Assembly (NCBI GenBank): GCA_038087875.1
Contig: CM075989.1
Location: 11,534,001 to 11,598,000 of the forward strand
Direction of reading: 5' to 3'
Length of the DNA: 64,000 bases
From: Malacoraja senta
Taxonomy: Eukaryota
Part shown: in pieces, positions 28,001 to 41,300 of the stretch
Layout: every line of letters begins with the position of its first letter
Numbering within the stretch: position 1 is the stretch's first letter
Made by a program: the position numbers and the translations under genes
Notes under the pieces: model-generated
Told to the model about the DNA's origin: nothing
The model's database searches: none
Seen by the model: the letters and a program-made list of their open reading frames with translations, nothing else

Positions 28001-28809
28001 GGTTTCTCAATGTATGATCTCGAAAGGCATTCTTGAATGCATTCATTGAATTAATCTTCCTCATCGCAGCAAATGATTTGTCTAATCTTCATGCAAGTTA
28101 ACATCTCTTATGACTACCATTACTTTTGCTGTAGGCATTTCTAATTGTCCAATTAATTCCACACCTAATATTGAAACTACATAAACTGAAAACTTCCACG
28201 CTCAAGAAATTATTCATTCATGGGGCGAGTATCACCAGCAAGGTTGGCTTTTATTGTTGTTCCCAAATTGGACTAAAGAAATGTTGAAGGCGATCCGAGA
28301 GAGCAAAGGAAACCTAATACCTAGATCCGATCGACCATTTCATAGAGTCATAGAAATACAGCACAAAAACAGGCCTTTTGACACATGGAGTCCATGCTGA
28401 CCATTATTCTCCCCACATTCAAATCAACTTCAGAGATGTTAAAGTCAACCACGCTGCCAGATTCAGAGGGGCCAAAGTTACACACAAGTCTGTGGATCCT
28501 GGACAGCAGACTTGCCTAAAGATCAATGAACGAGATGAGAGTTTAACAACAATCGAAGATAGACACAAAAAACTGGAGTAACTCAGCAGGACAGGCAGCA
28601 TCTCTGGAGAGAAGGAATAGGTGACGTTTTGGGTTGGGACCTTCACAACAATCGACTGAGTGGTTACCGAGTTGATGCAAGTTCTTTATTCCACATTTTA
28701 GTGAGACCAGAGCTTGGGTTATCCTGCCAGACTGATAGCCCAATGTTCTGGTGAACCCTGCAGTTAGTCCAAATGATACATTTAAATCGAAAGTATTTCA
28801 CAAATATTT

Positions 28810-30766
28810 TCAACATCAACTCAAAGAAACGGTTTATTCAAAGTTTTGTAAACAAATCAGAGGAACAGAAACCATGGTACCATGCAGCATTTTACAGCTT
28901 CACAACACGGTGTAACATTTCAGAAGCACAAAACCCAATACAATTATTTAACTTGGAAAGGGAATCAACCCCAGCCTGCTCTTGAAAAGCTGTGCACAGA
29001 GCCCACACCAATTATCATTTGCATGAATAAAATTAAAAATTACAGATTAAATAACTGGAATTGAATTAGAAATGCTCTAACATAGTTGTGATGGTAACGA
29101 GTTATGAAATAAATGAATCAAATGATTGTTCAGAGGTTCTATCAAAAATGAGTTGTAAAATTCACTTCTGCTTTTTGTTAATCATTTATTTAAAATGCAT
29201 CATGTTTAGGTATCATGTTCCATTGTACACTCAATATTGAGGGATCCCACATTTCACTGAATCTAATTTATCTATTGAAGACAACCTCATCCCATTTAAA
29301 GTTAGAAGGTTCATAAAATCTGAAATTATCTATTTTTTTAAATATTTAAAACTCAAATTATGCTAAGATGCATTAGTTCTCTGAAATCCAAATTTTTGCT
29401 CTGATCATTCCCCCCTTCCCCAAGTACAAACTTTGCAATCATATTCATTACACCTAATGAACATTCTAACTCTAAAGCATTATAGAAAATACATTTCAAT
29501 TGTGTTCAGAATGACATGCCTGCCAGTAGATTAGATGGGTAGAGAACTATAATGAGCATTTTTAATGATTAGAATGTATAAATCATCATTTTAAAAAGAG
29601 CCAGTGTATTGCCCCATTGCTATGCATAGTAGATAATAACCACCAACTGCTGCAGGATCATTTCTAACTGTATCTAGGAAGAACGAAGACCATACCCAAA
29701 GCACCAAGTAGTGTTTGGCTTGTATATTATTTAGTGTTACAGACACGACAGCTAATTTTCACTGGACAGAGGCCCAATATTTAATTCATTTAAAATGCTC
29801 ATTAATAGTTCTCTACCCATCAAATAACATATCAACTGGCAGGCATGTCATTCTGTACCACAATTTAAGATGGTGGATTGTTCTATAACTGCTTTAGAGT
29901 TGGCACTGCATTGCAGCCCTCCCAGATTCAGAAACAGCCTGTACTATACCTTTCTGCAGGTAGGACTGTCCAAGTTTCATTGCTCACCCTGGACTTTATT
30001 TACATTGCAATACACAAATTGTTGGAAGCAACAAAAGGAATGCGCACAAAAATCAATACCCAAACTATACTACTGTTGAAGACAGTTCAGATTAATTTAA
30101 TTTGCTCATTGTAAATTAATACATATATCTATACATTCACCTTGTTTATTAAAAAGTCAGAATGCATTCAAATCACCAGAATAGATTCTCGGCACTTCTT
30201 CCAAAGAACCGAGACAATATTCACTGTTTTCACAGTACAATGCAGAACAAAAAAAAATCTCAGTTGGCTGTACAAGGCAAAATAATTCCGCTAATTTAGC
30301 TCGTTTTTTTTTAATATGGTAAATTTAAAACAGATCACTTCTCAAGTGCTATTTTGATTAACATGAAAATAGCAGATTACCGCTGAACTGGATAAATTGC
30401 CAATTTTGTGTATTGATTTAGTGAACTCAACCATTCAAAATAACTAAATTTTGTTCATAAAATCTTCAAAAGTACAAAATATACAAAATAATGTACAGAG
30501 AAACTAAACTTACCCCACCCCTGCCCAACATATTTGAAATAATAAAATCAATCTAAACAAGTTGCATTTAAACTTTAAGAAATATTAGTCTGCATCTCTT
30601 CCTTCTATTTCACCCAACATCGATACAAGAAGTTCAAGTTTTATCAAGTAATGCACTTGTAAAGGCCAGGGTACACCATACAATGATTTTGCATTATTGC
30701 ATTGTGTTATAATCAGAATTCCTTCCAGAGCCTTTAAAAACCCAGGCTCAGTCTTGTATCAAATAG
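28810..30766 (-). other. GOLM2: GOLM2 3' UTR (extent inferred)
   Basis: AT-rich, TE-poor stretch after the stop. AATAAA on minus at 30145-30150 and at 28833-28838, the latter followed by a GU/U-rich element (ccgtttctttgagttgatgttg). Confidence 0.55.
29507..29855. mobile_element. Old MITE-like inverted-repeat element in the GOLM2 3' UTR
   Basis: ~65-bp imperfect TIRs (cagaatgacatgcctgccagt...gatgggtagagaactat-aatgagcatttt and its reverse complement), CAG...CTG ends, TA on the right flank. Confidence 0.65.
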
Positions 30767-30849
30767 TTACAAACCATCTACTACAAACCGTCGGTTTTCA
30801 TATGCAGCAGGATTGTTCACAGCCTCTGGAAGGTCTTGCTCCTCCTCGT
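30767..30849 (-). CDS. GOLM2: GOLM2 terminal coding exon to TAA stop
   Basis: catttccaatggcag|AC GAG GAG GAG CAA...GGT TTG TAA. (D)EEEQDLPEAVNNPAAYENRRFVVDGL* resembles the human C-terminus [23 protein letters not shown]. Phase 1 fits the previous exon. Not present in the ORF track. Confidence 0.9.
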
Positions 30850-32709
30850 CTGCCATTGGAAATGAGATAATCAAACACATTAGAAACGCAGCTTTGGAAA
30901 TAGTGTTGAGTTAATTAATAGATTAAAATACATTTAAAAACATTGGTCCAAAATGTTAACTCAAATGATTGTTTTTTAAATTTAAAACAAAAACACATAA
31001 AAGAAAACAAATTTAAATCATTAGTATTTTTTAAATCCTCTCTTTTATTTTGGCTAATTTGGTGTTGTGTGATCTTAGAGCTAGTATTTGCAAAGATGGT
31101 TGACCAAAGAGTAGCAGAGCAAGATTTGGGATTTACCCAATGCTTGCATATGCATGCGTGCTTGTATTCCAGATGGACTATGGGTCATAAATCGGCAGAC
31201 GGTTATCCTGCAGATGTTTCTTTCCCCAAACTAAACACTGTATGTGAAGCTTCCCTGCCAACAGTCTCCAGGTCAGTGCAAAAGATGGATTCTGGGGTCT
31301 TTTTGATGGCTATGACAGAATATTAGATCTAAAGTGTCCATGGCAATGAAGAATTCAATTAACCTGACACTTTGCTACCAAAAATGCAAGTCACGCAGGA
31401 CAATAGTTGAGTAATGTTGACTTGGGAGTTTTTTTTAAAGGATTTAACAGATGGGGTTAAAAGGGAATTTGTTGATGCATATTTGATGAGGTATCAAACA
31501 TTGACACAAAGTGAAGTTTTCATTGTATTGCAGATGATTGATTAAAAGTCAAAAAGTACAGTCGGAATAAATAGATTTTTTTCAAACTAGGTTGCAACTA
31601 GTTTGACAACAATCAGTATTTGGGCCCTTATCAAATTACAGAACTTAGATTAAAAGATAGTGTTATAATCCGAGTTTGATAGAATAAAAATGTTAGAAAA
31701 ATGAGCTGGAAATAAGAGTAAGATTCTGCAAAGGCGTGCAAATTTGTTGCGAGTTGGCAGATGGAATGTGATGCAAGAAAAGGCAGAGTTTTCACTTTGG
31801 AAGGAGGATCATCCAGTGAGGTTATGTGTGTAGATTAGACCTTGTAAATTATTTTTGACGCGTACTTGAGTTATAGGGAGAGGTTGTATAGGTTGGTACC
31901 TTTTCTGTTGAAGCATAAGAGGCCGAAGGATGATCTTGAGGCATAAAAGACCATGAGGGGCATGTATAAAGTAAAAAAGACCTTGTGGGAAGCTAAGGAG
32001 AAAACTGCTGAGGCCCTTGCAAGATATTTGCATCATCTTTAGCCACAGATGAAGTTCCAGAAGACTGGTGTTGCACCGTTATTTAACAAGGGCAGCAAGA
32101 AATCAGCAAGCGGATTTATGGCAGGAGAGTGGACGTTGTCTATATAGACTTTAGAAAGACCTTTGACAAGATCCTGCATGGTAGGTTAATTGGAAAGGTT
32201 AGATCACATCGAATCCAAGATGAGCTAGCCAAGTGGATTCAAAATTGGCTTGGTGGAAGGAGTCAAAGAGTGGATGGTAGTTTGTTTTTCCAGTCTGGAA
32301 GTCTGTGACCAATTGAGTGCTGCAAGTGGTGGTGGTGGTGCTGGGTTCCACTGCTTTAAAAAAAAAATTAAAAAAAAAAATTTAAACACATGTTAAAGAT
32401 AATTTTTGATTCAGCATTTGACCTTCAAATTCTGCCAAATAACCTCAATTCCACTTCCATGCAAAATTAAACTCAAATAGAAAAATATCTGATGCAGATA
32501 TGGGAAAAAACAAACTGCTCTCTCCCTCCATATGCAACAGACATGTACATCCCTTTGCTTTAAAAGGAGTGTTTCCACATTGCAGCAATGACCACGCCCA
32601 AATACACCATTGGCTATAAAGTGATTGAGAGATGCTGAAAGGATCAGAAAGGTGTCAAGAAATTCTAGATGCCTTTATTTCAAGGAATGCTTCCAAACAC
32701 AACACGGTC

Positions 32710-33170
32710 ATTCAATTCAATTCAATTCAATTCAACTTTAATGTCATTGCACAAATACTGGGTATGGGTACAACGAAATGCAGTTTTGCGTCAGTCCGTA
32801 GTAGTATAGCAATATAGATTTTTTTTTTTTAAAAGAGGATACAGAATAATAAAAAAAATACAGAATAATAAACAATGGGGACGGAGGGACCGGAGGAATC
32901 TATCGGCGGGACTCCGAGTTCAGCAATGCGACGGTATGATTGTAGAAGCTGTTCCTCATCCTACTGGTACGAGACCTGAGGCTCCTGTACCGCCTCCCTG
33001 ATGGGAGGAGGGCAAACAGTCCATGTTTGGGGTGGGAGGGGTCTTTAATGATCTTCCCAGCCCGTTTCAGACACCGTTTTCGGTGGAGGGCATCCATGGC
33101 AGGGAGCAGGGCACCGATGATGTGCTGCGCGGTTTTCACCACCCGTTGTAGTGCCTTCCTGTCCGCAACA
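32710..33170 (-). mobile_element. Rex1/Babar-type LINE 3' fragment
   Basis: ADRKALQRVVKTAQHIIG...IIKDPSHPKHGLFALLPSGRRYRSLRSRTSRMRNSFY and a (TTGAA)n tail. Confidence 0.85.
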
Positions 33171-33174
33171 GCAG

Positions 33175-33482
33175 GAAGGCGCAGCGGCAGAGTTGCTGCC
33201 TTACAGTGAATGCAGCGCCGGAGACCCGTGTTCAACCCAGACTACGGGTGCTGTCTGTACTGAGTTTGTACGTTCTCCCCGTGACCTGCGTGGGTTTCCT
33301 GAGATCTTTGGTTTCCTCTCACACTCCAGAGACGTACAGGTTTGTAGGTTAATTGGGTTGGTAAATGTAAAGATTGTCCCTAGTGGGTGTAGGAAAGTGT
33401 TAATGTGTGGGGATCACTGGTCAGCGCAGACCTGGTGGGTTGAAGGGCCTGTTTCCGCGTTGTATCTCTAAACTAAACTAAT
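33175..33482 (+). mobile_element. HE1-type V-SINE, near full length
   Basis: tRNA-like head remnant (B-box-like gtgttcaaccc), V-domain gttctccccgtgacctgcgtgggtttcc, tail (CTAAA)n. Related copies at ~22200-22497 and ~27165-27400. Confidence 0.8.
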
Positions 33483-35088
33483 CTGCTATTTTAGATCAGA
33501 ACTAGTGGGGAAAATCCACCTTTCCATCCAATTTTATGTAACACTGACCTTTCCTGTGCAATTGCAGTTATCAAGCAATGGGTAGAAATGTATCTTCCCA
33601 TCTATTATTCCTTCAAGTATTTTAAATGATAGTATAGTCGGGATATTTGCAAATTATGGAGAGGAAACTGATCGGAACATTGCACATGAGCCATTCAGTT
33701 ATATAAAGATCAGTTCATCTTTAGTGTTTTGGAGAAGTTTAAGCAAGGAGTCACTAAAATATTGGAATTGTTAAGATGATTATTAAGACTTTACCACAGC
33801 AGGCTGTGGAGGCCAAGTCAGTGGTTATTTTTAAGGCAGAGATAGATTCTTGATCAGTATGGGTGTCAGAGGTTATGGGGAGAAGGCAGGAGAATGGGGT
33901 TAGGAGGGAGAGATAGATCAACCATGATTGAATGGTGGAGTAGACTTGATGGGTTGAATGGCCTAATTCTACTCCTATCACTTATGACCTTATGACCTAT
34001 GAAGATTGATCATGGAAACTCATGGGAGGGGAGTCAGAAGAGCTGCAACCTCATGGAACCATGAAGGAACAATCCTTCAAGATCCATGTGTTCAGAGATC
34101 AAATTCTTAGTTGACTGCTTTCTTGACTCAGGAATTTTGCTACGACAGGCAATAATTTAAAAATAGACATGGGCAGATAAACAGGAAATGGGTTGCACGG
34201 AAGCAAGTACACCTGTGTATGGATGATGCATACAATGCGATACCTGAAATTATTCTTAGTTGGTTAATGAATTCTTACATCAGAATGCAGCTGCTCCCAG
34301 CTTTATAGTTGCTGTGCAGGCAAGAATTGCTCACTAGGTTTAAAGCTGGAAAATTGGAGGGACACATATTCCCCTCCTCTTCTTTCTCCCTTTTCCCAGT
34401 GCCCTCTCACTTCGTATCTCAGTTTACTGGTCTCAACCACCTCATCTTCATCATTGATATCCAATCTCTCTACACCTCCATCCACACTAGCATGGTCCAG
34501 CTCTTCACTTTTCCCTTGAAGAAGCCTAACCAGACCTGGCCACCACAACAAACCTGGCTAAATTTGTTCTTAAATTGAACGATTTCTCCTTCAACTACTT
34601 TCAATTTCTTCATTTCAAAAGAAATTGCCAATGGAAAGTTACATGAAACCAAGCTTTGCTCGTCTCCCGAGAACGATGTAGAGCTCTCTATTCAGGCCCC
34701 CTCCCTCGCCCATTTCGCTGTTGCATTGATGATTGATAACTCTAATCTCTCAATTCTTCTGCTACCAATTTCCACCCTGTTCTTAATTTTACATGGCTCA
34801 TTTCAGACTTCCTAATACAGGTACTATAACAACATTTATCAGACATTTGGACAGATAGCTGGATAAGAAATATTTTGATTTTTAGTTTAGAAGGATTTAA
34901 GAGGATTAAGATTTATCTTCTTAAAAATAACAGAAAGTTAACTAGTCCTGCAAACATTATGACCAAATGTATCAGGAGATTGAAGTTCACCATATTGTTT
35001 AAAACAAATGGCATGGCTTCCAAAGGAAATAGTTGAATTCTGCATCTAGTAGATTACTATGCTATCGCAGACCAATCAAGAGTAGCTT

Positions 35089-36370
35089 CATAGATACATA
35101 GATACATAGAAAATAGGTGCAGGAGTAGGCCATTCGGCCCTTCGAGCCTGCACCGCCATTCAATATGATCATGGCTGATCATCCAACTCAGTATCCTGTA
35201 CCTGCCTTCTCTCCATACCCCCTGATCCCTTTAGCCACAAGGGCCACATCTAACTCCCTCTTAAATATAGCCAATGAACTGGCCTCAACTACCCTCTGTG
35301 GCAGAGAGTTCCAGAAAAAGTTTTCCCTCATCTCAGTCTTAAAGGATTTCCCCCTTATCCTTAAGCTGTGACCCCTTGTCCTGGACTTCCCCAACATCGG
35401 GAACAATCTTCCTGCATCTAGCCTGTCCAACCCCATAAGAATTTTGTACGTTTCTATAAGATCCCCTCTCAATCTCCTAAATTCTAGCGAGTATAAGCCA
35501 AGTCTATCCAGTCTTTCTTCATATGAAACTCCTGACATCCCAGGAATCAGTCTGGTGAACCTTCTCTGCACTCCCTCTATGGCTATAATGTCCTTCCTCA
35601 GATTTGGAGACCAAAACTGTACGCAATACTCCAGGTGTGGTCTCACCAAGACCCTGTACAACTGCAGTAGAACCTCTCTGCTCCTATACTCAAATCCTCT
35701 TGCTATGAAGGCCAACATACCATTCGCTTTCTTCACTGCCTGCTGCACCTGCATGCCTACTTTCAATGACTGGTGTACCATGACACCCAGGTCTCGCTGC
35801 ATGTCCCCATTTCCTAATCGGCCACCATTTAGATAATAGTCTGCCTTCCCGTTTTTGCCACCAAAGTGGATAACCTCATTTATCCACATTATACTGCATC
35901 TGCCAAACATTTGCCCACTCACCCAGCCTATCCAAGTCACCTTGCAGTCTCCTAGCATCCTCCTCACAGCTAACACTGCCCCCCAGCTTAGTGTCATCCG
36001 CAAACTTGGAGATGTTGCTTTCAATTCTCTCGTCCAGATCATTAATATAAATTGTAAATAGCTGGGGTCCCAGCACTGAGCCTTGCGGTACCCCACTAGT
36101 CACTGCCTGCCATTGTGAAAAGGACCAGTTTACTCCTACTCTTTGCTTCCTGTTTGCCAGCCAGTTCTCTATCCACATCAATACTGAACCCCCAATACCG
36201 TGTGATTTAAGTTTGTATCCTAATCTCTTATGTGGTACCTTGTCGAAAGCCTTCTGAAAGTCCAGATACAACACATCCACTGGTTCTCCCCTATCCACTC
36301 TACTAGTTACATCCTCGAAAAATTCTATAAGATTCGTCAGACACGATTTACCTTTCGTAAATCCATGCTG
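35089..36370 (-). mobile_element. Young CR1 LINE 3' portion (RT domain to tail)
   Basis: ORFs 35876-36430 and 35188-36096 with LDFQKAFDKVPH, GVPQGSVLGPQLF, KFADDTKL and RPHLEYCVQFWSP; short tandem tail at 35089-35110. Confidence 0.95.
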
Positions 36371-36443
36371 ATTAGCATGGCTAGTTCTGTTCAAATTAGC
36401 ATGGCTAGTTCTGTTCAATAGCCATCCCAAATATCAACCAATA

Positions 36444-37618
36444 TAGTGCCCTCCATAATGTTTGGGACAAAGACCCATCATTTATTTATTTGCCTCTGTA
36501 CTCCACAATTTGAGATTTGTAATAGAAAAAAAAATCACATGTGGTTAAAGTGCACATTGTCAGATTTTAATAAAGGCCATTTTTATACATTTTGGTTTCA
36601 CTATGGATAAATTACAGCAGTGTTTATACATAGTCTCCCCATTTTAGGGCACCATAATGTTTGGCCAGTACCGTCAGCAGCCATACATGCCCAGGCCATA
36701 ACACCCCACCACCGTGTTTCACAGATGAGGTGGTATGCTTTGGATCTTGGGCAGTCCTTTCTCTCCTCCATACTTTGCTCATCACTCCGATATAAGTTAA
36801 TCTTTGTCTCATCTGTCCACAAGACCTTTTTCCAGAACTGTGGTTGCTCTTTTAAGTACTTCTTGGCAAACTGTAACATGGCCATCCTATTTTTGCAGCT
36901 AACTAGTGGTTTGCATCTTGCAGTGTAGCCTCTATTTCTGTTCATGAAGTCTTCTGCGGACAGTGGTCATTGACAAATCCATACCCGACTCCTGAAGAGC
37001 GTTTCTGATCTGTCAGACAGGTGTTTGGGGATTTTTCTTTATTATAGAGAGAATTCTTCTGTCATCAGCTATGGAAGTCTTCCTTGGCATGCCAGTCCCT
37101 TTGCAATTAGTAAGCTCACCAGTGCTCTTTCTTCTTAATGATGTCCAAACAAATGATTTTTGTAAGCCTAATGTTTGGCTGATGTCACTTAAGAGTTTTA
37201 TTCTTGTTTCTCAAACTCATAATGGCTTCTTTGACTTTCATTGGCACAACTTTGGTCCTCGTGTTGATAAACAGCAATAAAAGTTTCCAAAGGTGATGGA
37301 AAGACTGGAGTAAAGACTAGGTGCTGAGAGCTCTGTTACACCTGCATTGGAGGCAATTAAACACACCTGACCAATTACAAACCACCGTGAAGCCATGTGT
37401 CCCTAACATTATGGTGCCCTGAAATGGGGGACTATGTATAAACACAGCTGTAATATCTACCTGGTGAAACCAAAATGTATAAAAATGGCCTTTATTAAAA
37501 TCTGACAATGTGCACTTTAACCACATAAGATATTTTCTGCTACAAATCTCAAACTGTGGAGCACAGAGGCAAATAAATAAATGATGGGTCTTTGTCCCAA
37601 GCATTATGGAGGGCACCG
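36444..37618 (-). mobile_element. Tc1-like DNA transposon, internally deleted, long (~220 bp) IR/DR TIRs
   Basis: TA TSD at 36442-36443 and 37619-37620, TIR (c/t)agtgccctccataatgtttgggacaaagacccatc, transposase remnants FWKKVLWTDETKINLY and SSVKHGGG; catalytic C-terminal part missing. Confidence 0.95.
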
Positions 37619-37824
37619 TAGACCATGGTGAACTTCAACGAAACAAATAGAAGAATTCATATAGATTTGCACAGTAACTTTACAAATAAAATGCAGCTTG
37701 GATGCACTTCATGGATTTTCAATCTTTCAGCATTGGAACAGTACATCAACAATTGGGGATAGGAAAAGGTTCCTTCTCCTTAACGATGCACAAGCTAAAT
37801 AATGAATAGACAGATATGCCAAAA

Positions 37825-38370
37825 TGTACAGTGAAGGAAGGAACTGCAGATGCTGGTTTAAACCGAAGATAGACACAAAAAGCTGGAGTAAGAAGAAACC
37901 TAAGAAGAAACAGAGGGTTTTAAGCCCTTCCTGGTGGAGGATGGAGGTGTGGAGTGACTGAACACCCATAATAAATGAAATTTGTTGCTTTCTCCTCCAT
38001 TGTCAAAGTGAGCCTAAACGCAAATTGGAACAACAGTATCTCGTATTTCGCTTGGGCAGCTTACAACCCCGGGGTATATTTCATTTCTCTAACTTCAAAT
38101 AACCCTGGCATTCTCCCTCTCTCCATCCCCCCCACCCAAGTTGCACCAGCTTCTCGTTTTCACCCAACAAACAGTTAACAATGGCCCGTTTCCTTTACCA
38201 TCATTACTTTTTTGCATATCTTTCATTCATTGTTCTATATCTCTCTACATCGTCTATATCTCTCATTTCCCCTTCCCGTGATTTTCAGGCTGGAAGTTCT
38301 TGACCTGAAACGTCACCTATTCCTTCTCTCCAGAGGTGCTGCCTGTCCTGCTGAGTTACTCCAGCTTTGT
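37825..38370 (+). mobile_element. Rearranged Penelope-like fragments
   Basis: VQSLHTSILHQEGLKTLCFFL RT remnant (minus) next to a GIY-YIG C-terminal remnant and terminal repeat (plus). Confidence 0.7.
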
Positions 38371-41300
38371 GTCACTTCTTCCCTAAATGTCCTGTTGTAT
38401 TGCCCTCCCTACAAAGTACTGTTATCAGATAGAAGATAAATACCCCACTGTTAGCACCAATATCCAAGCAAGTCATATTCCAAGTAAATACTGCTTCAGA
38501 TTAAAAGCAATCAAAATACAAATCCAGAAGAGCAGGTGTTCATCTATGCCAGATTGAAGAAGAGTCATGAATATATTAAAAAACTGCACTGCTATGGCAG
38601 GTTAATAGAACCAGGGCAAGCTTTTTCTACCACAACATATTAAGGTGGCTGTCCATAAAGGGCTCACCCAAAATAATCTGTTCAGAGTATTCAGTAATGA
38701 AGGAAGATCACAGAGTTGGAACAGTGATTTTGTAAGTTGGAAATCTGATCTGAAAACTGAATGGAGTACACCAAGAAGAGGCAACATCTATTTTGAGGGA
38801 AACTGAGTCAACATTAACCTTATCTAATCCTGAAGAGTAGATTGAATGCAAGACATGGACAGATGGAGAGGGTGGGGGAAGGGAAAGAAACTGTGTGAGT
38901 GTGGGCTTGGAGGGGTGGAAATAGTTTGTGTGAGATAACTAGGTGGATCAGAAAGAGAGAAAGGGACTGAGAGAAAGCTGGTTACCTGAAATTGTAGAAT
39001 TCAGTGTTCATGCTGTCTAATTGAAGACAATCGGGAAGAATAACTGTTCCTCCAGTTAGCATTTGACCATGCCCTAATAGTATATAAGGCCGAATGCAGA
39101 CAGGTCATTATGAGAATGGGAAGTGGAATTAAAATGGCTTGCAACCATGAACTCCAGAGAGTCATGGCAGACAGTATGCAGGTGCTTGGTGTAGAGGTTG
39201 CCTGATATGTGCTTGGTCTCACCAGTGTAGCGGTCACATCAAGAGTACTGAATGCAATAGACTGGGATGGTTGCAAACCTGGTTTAACACCTCACCTAAT
39301 TTTACTCTCCATATCCCTCTCCTTCCAAGTCAGTTTCTCTTCCTTCCCCTTTCGACTGTCCATCACTCCAATATTGGGTTGGGTGTTCCACCTGAGATTG
39401 GGGGCTTCCCATTTGTTGCTTTATGCGAGTAAAGTTAGCAACTGCAAGATCAATTAGAAATACCAACCCATAGATGTCAGCCAACACAGACACTTTCTAC
39501 CTTCCTAAAACCATTTGGCAGCACCTAGAAGTAAGCTTGGAAGTGGAAGCAGTTTATTTGATCAAAAAGCAGAGGGAAAGACATCACCTGATGAAGCAGA
39601 CGGCAGTTGTGTGAGTACATGTCCAAGATCCCACTTAAATCTGGTGCTCAGGTAGCTGAAACTTCCATCTCTTGCTGGGAAAGTGCTCTTTATTATGTCA
39701 ACAGGAAGCAGGGAATTACAAATCCAGCATGTTGTTTGGAACTTTTTCAAGCAATAAAGCATTGTCTGTATTCCTTGCAGTCAACTTTGGTGATTTATAT
39801 TTCTGGTGCATCTGTATCATACAGCTGTTTTTGGCTAAACATTTTGTTTCCACAGTTAATAAACTGCATGCAGGAAGTATATTGTGGAAGGCAGGTTGAG
39901 ATTACAGTACTGCGGAAAGTGTGAGTGGGTATGACTTGACTAATTCTCCTGTTAAATTAGACTTAGTGACCCACTGTTGAGTGACTGAGATTGGAGAAAT
40001 TACTCCACTTTTCCAGGGAGAAGATGCTGTATTTTTTTCTGCAATTTACAGGAGAAACTTTGTTTACTTAGAAATAGACAGTTTACCATGAGTCACAAAC
40101 TATCCCTCCTCTAAACTCATTGACTGATAGCACTGGCAGAATTACAAGAGTTTCAAATTAAATCAGGACATGCCAACAAATTAATAAGCTTGTGGTCTTG
40201 TAATGAAATAGAGGCAAACATTCCAGAACAATTCAAGTCGACAGTTGCATGTTATAAGGTGGTGAGTGGATGTAGGATTGGATATTGTTGATTGCCTGAA
40301 GGTGAGCCTCAAAACATGCACAAAATTGAGAAATAAATGCAAAACCCACTAAGGACCATATTAAATTAAACAATTTCTTCTGATCTGTTAAGGGATGAAA
40401 ATGATTTGCTGGATTTTTCTGCAGCATTCTAGATATTGCAATTAAAAATGCAAGTGAATGAAAATGATAATGTTTGTTAAATGTTTTAATGGACAACTTT
40501 AAACAGAGGTGGCTTTAAAATTAGGAAATTGACAACCTATGCCAAACCAATGGATGTGGAGTCAATCTGGTACTCTATCTAATTAACATTTAAAACTATT
40601 TTGAATGAGATGGTAAAGTCAATGGAATCCAGTTAAAATGTAGTAACATTCAGGACAGTAATCATATCACTATAACTAAACATATGGTGATTATACATCT
40701 CACAAGCTCTATGAACAGCTATTTAAAGAAAAACAAAAGTGAATATTTGAAATACTATTTTTAACATGAAGAAAATCCATGCAGTCCATCAAGCTGAGCA
40801 AGAGATTAAGTACTTCAGCACCAGGGATCCGAGCAATATAGTAACAGACCCATTTGCAGCATCCCTTGTAAAAGACTCATGTTAGATGAGCAATGATATC
40901 AGTCTTGGGTTAATTCATATGCAGATTAGTGTCAGTTCACTATCACACTCTTGTAGCAGCAGTGAAGAAGATGAGAGTTAAACTCTGTGATTTAGATTAA
41001 AGTGCAGCAGTAAGAAAGTATGAAGGTTGAGGAAAGCAATCTTGTTTACAGACAAGTTCCAACGATAATAATATAAAAGCTTTATGATAAACGTGACTGA
41101 ATTTAATGCAATGCAAGTTGCCAAGATTTTTTTTTTAAATATTTGGATCAAAGCATTATTCTGAGACGGGGTAAACTTAATTGCAATGGACTAAGCACAA
41201 ACCCAAAATTAGATTGTGTGCGGTCAGCACTCAACTTTGATTCTTCCTTCATTCTTCCACCTATAAATTCTAACATTATCAATTGATACAACTTTATGGC

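Noticed and set aside
36371..36418. Two 24-bp direct repeats as a CRISPR-like array
   Set aside because: Only two abutting copies, no spacers, eukaryotic context.
35188..36430. 302-aa and 184-aa ORFs as host genes
   Set aside because: Frameshifted CR1 reverse transcriptase.
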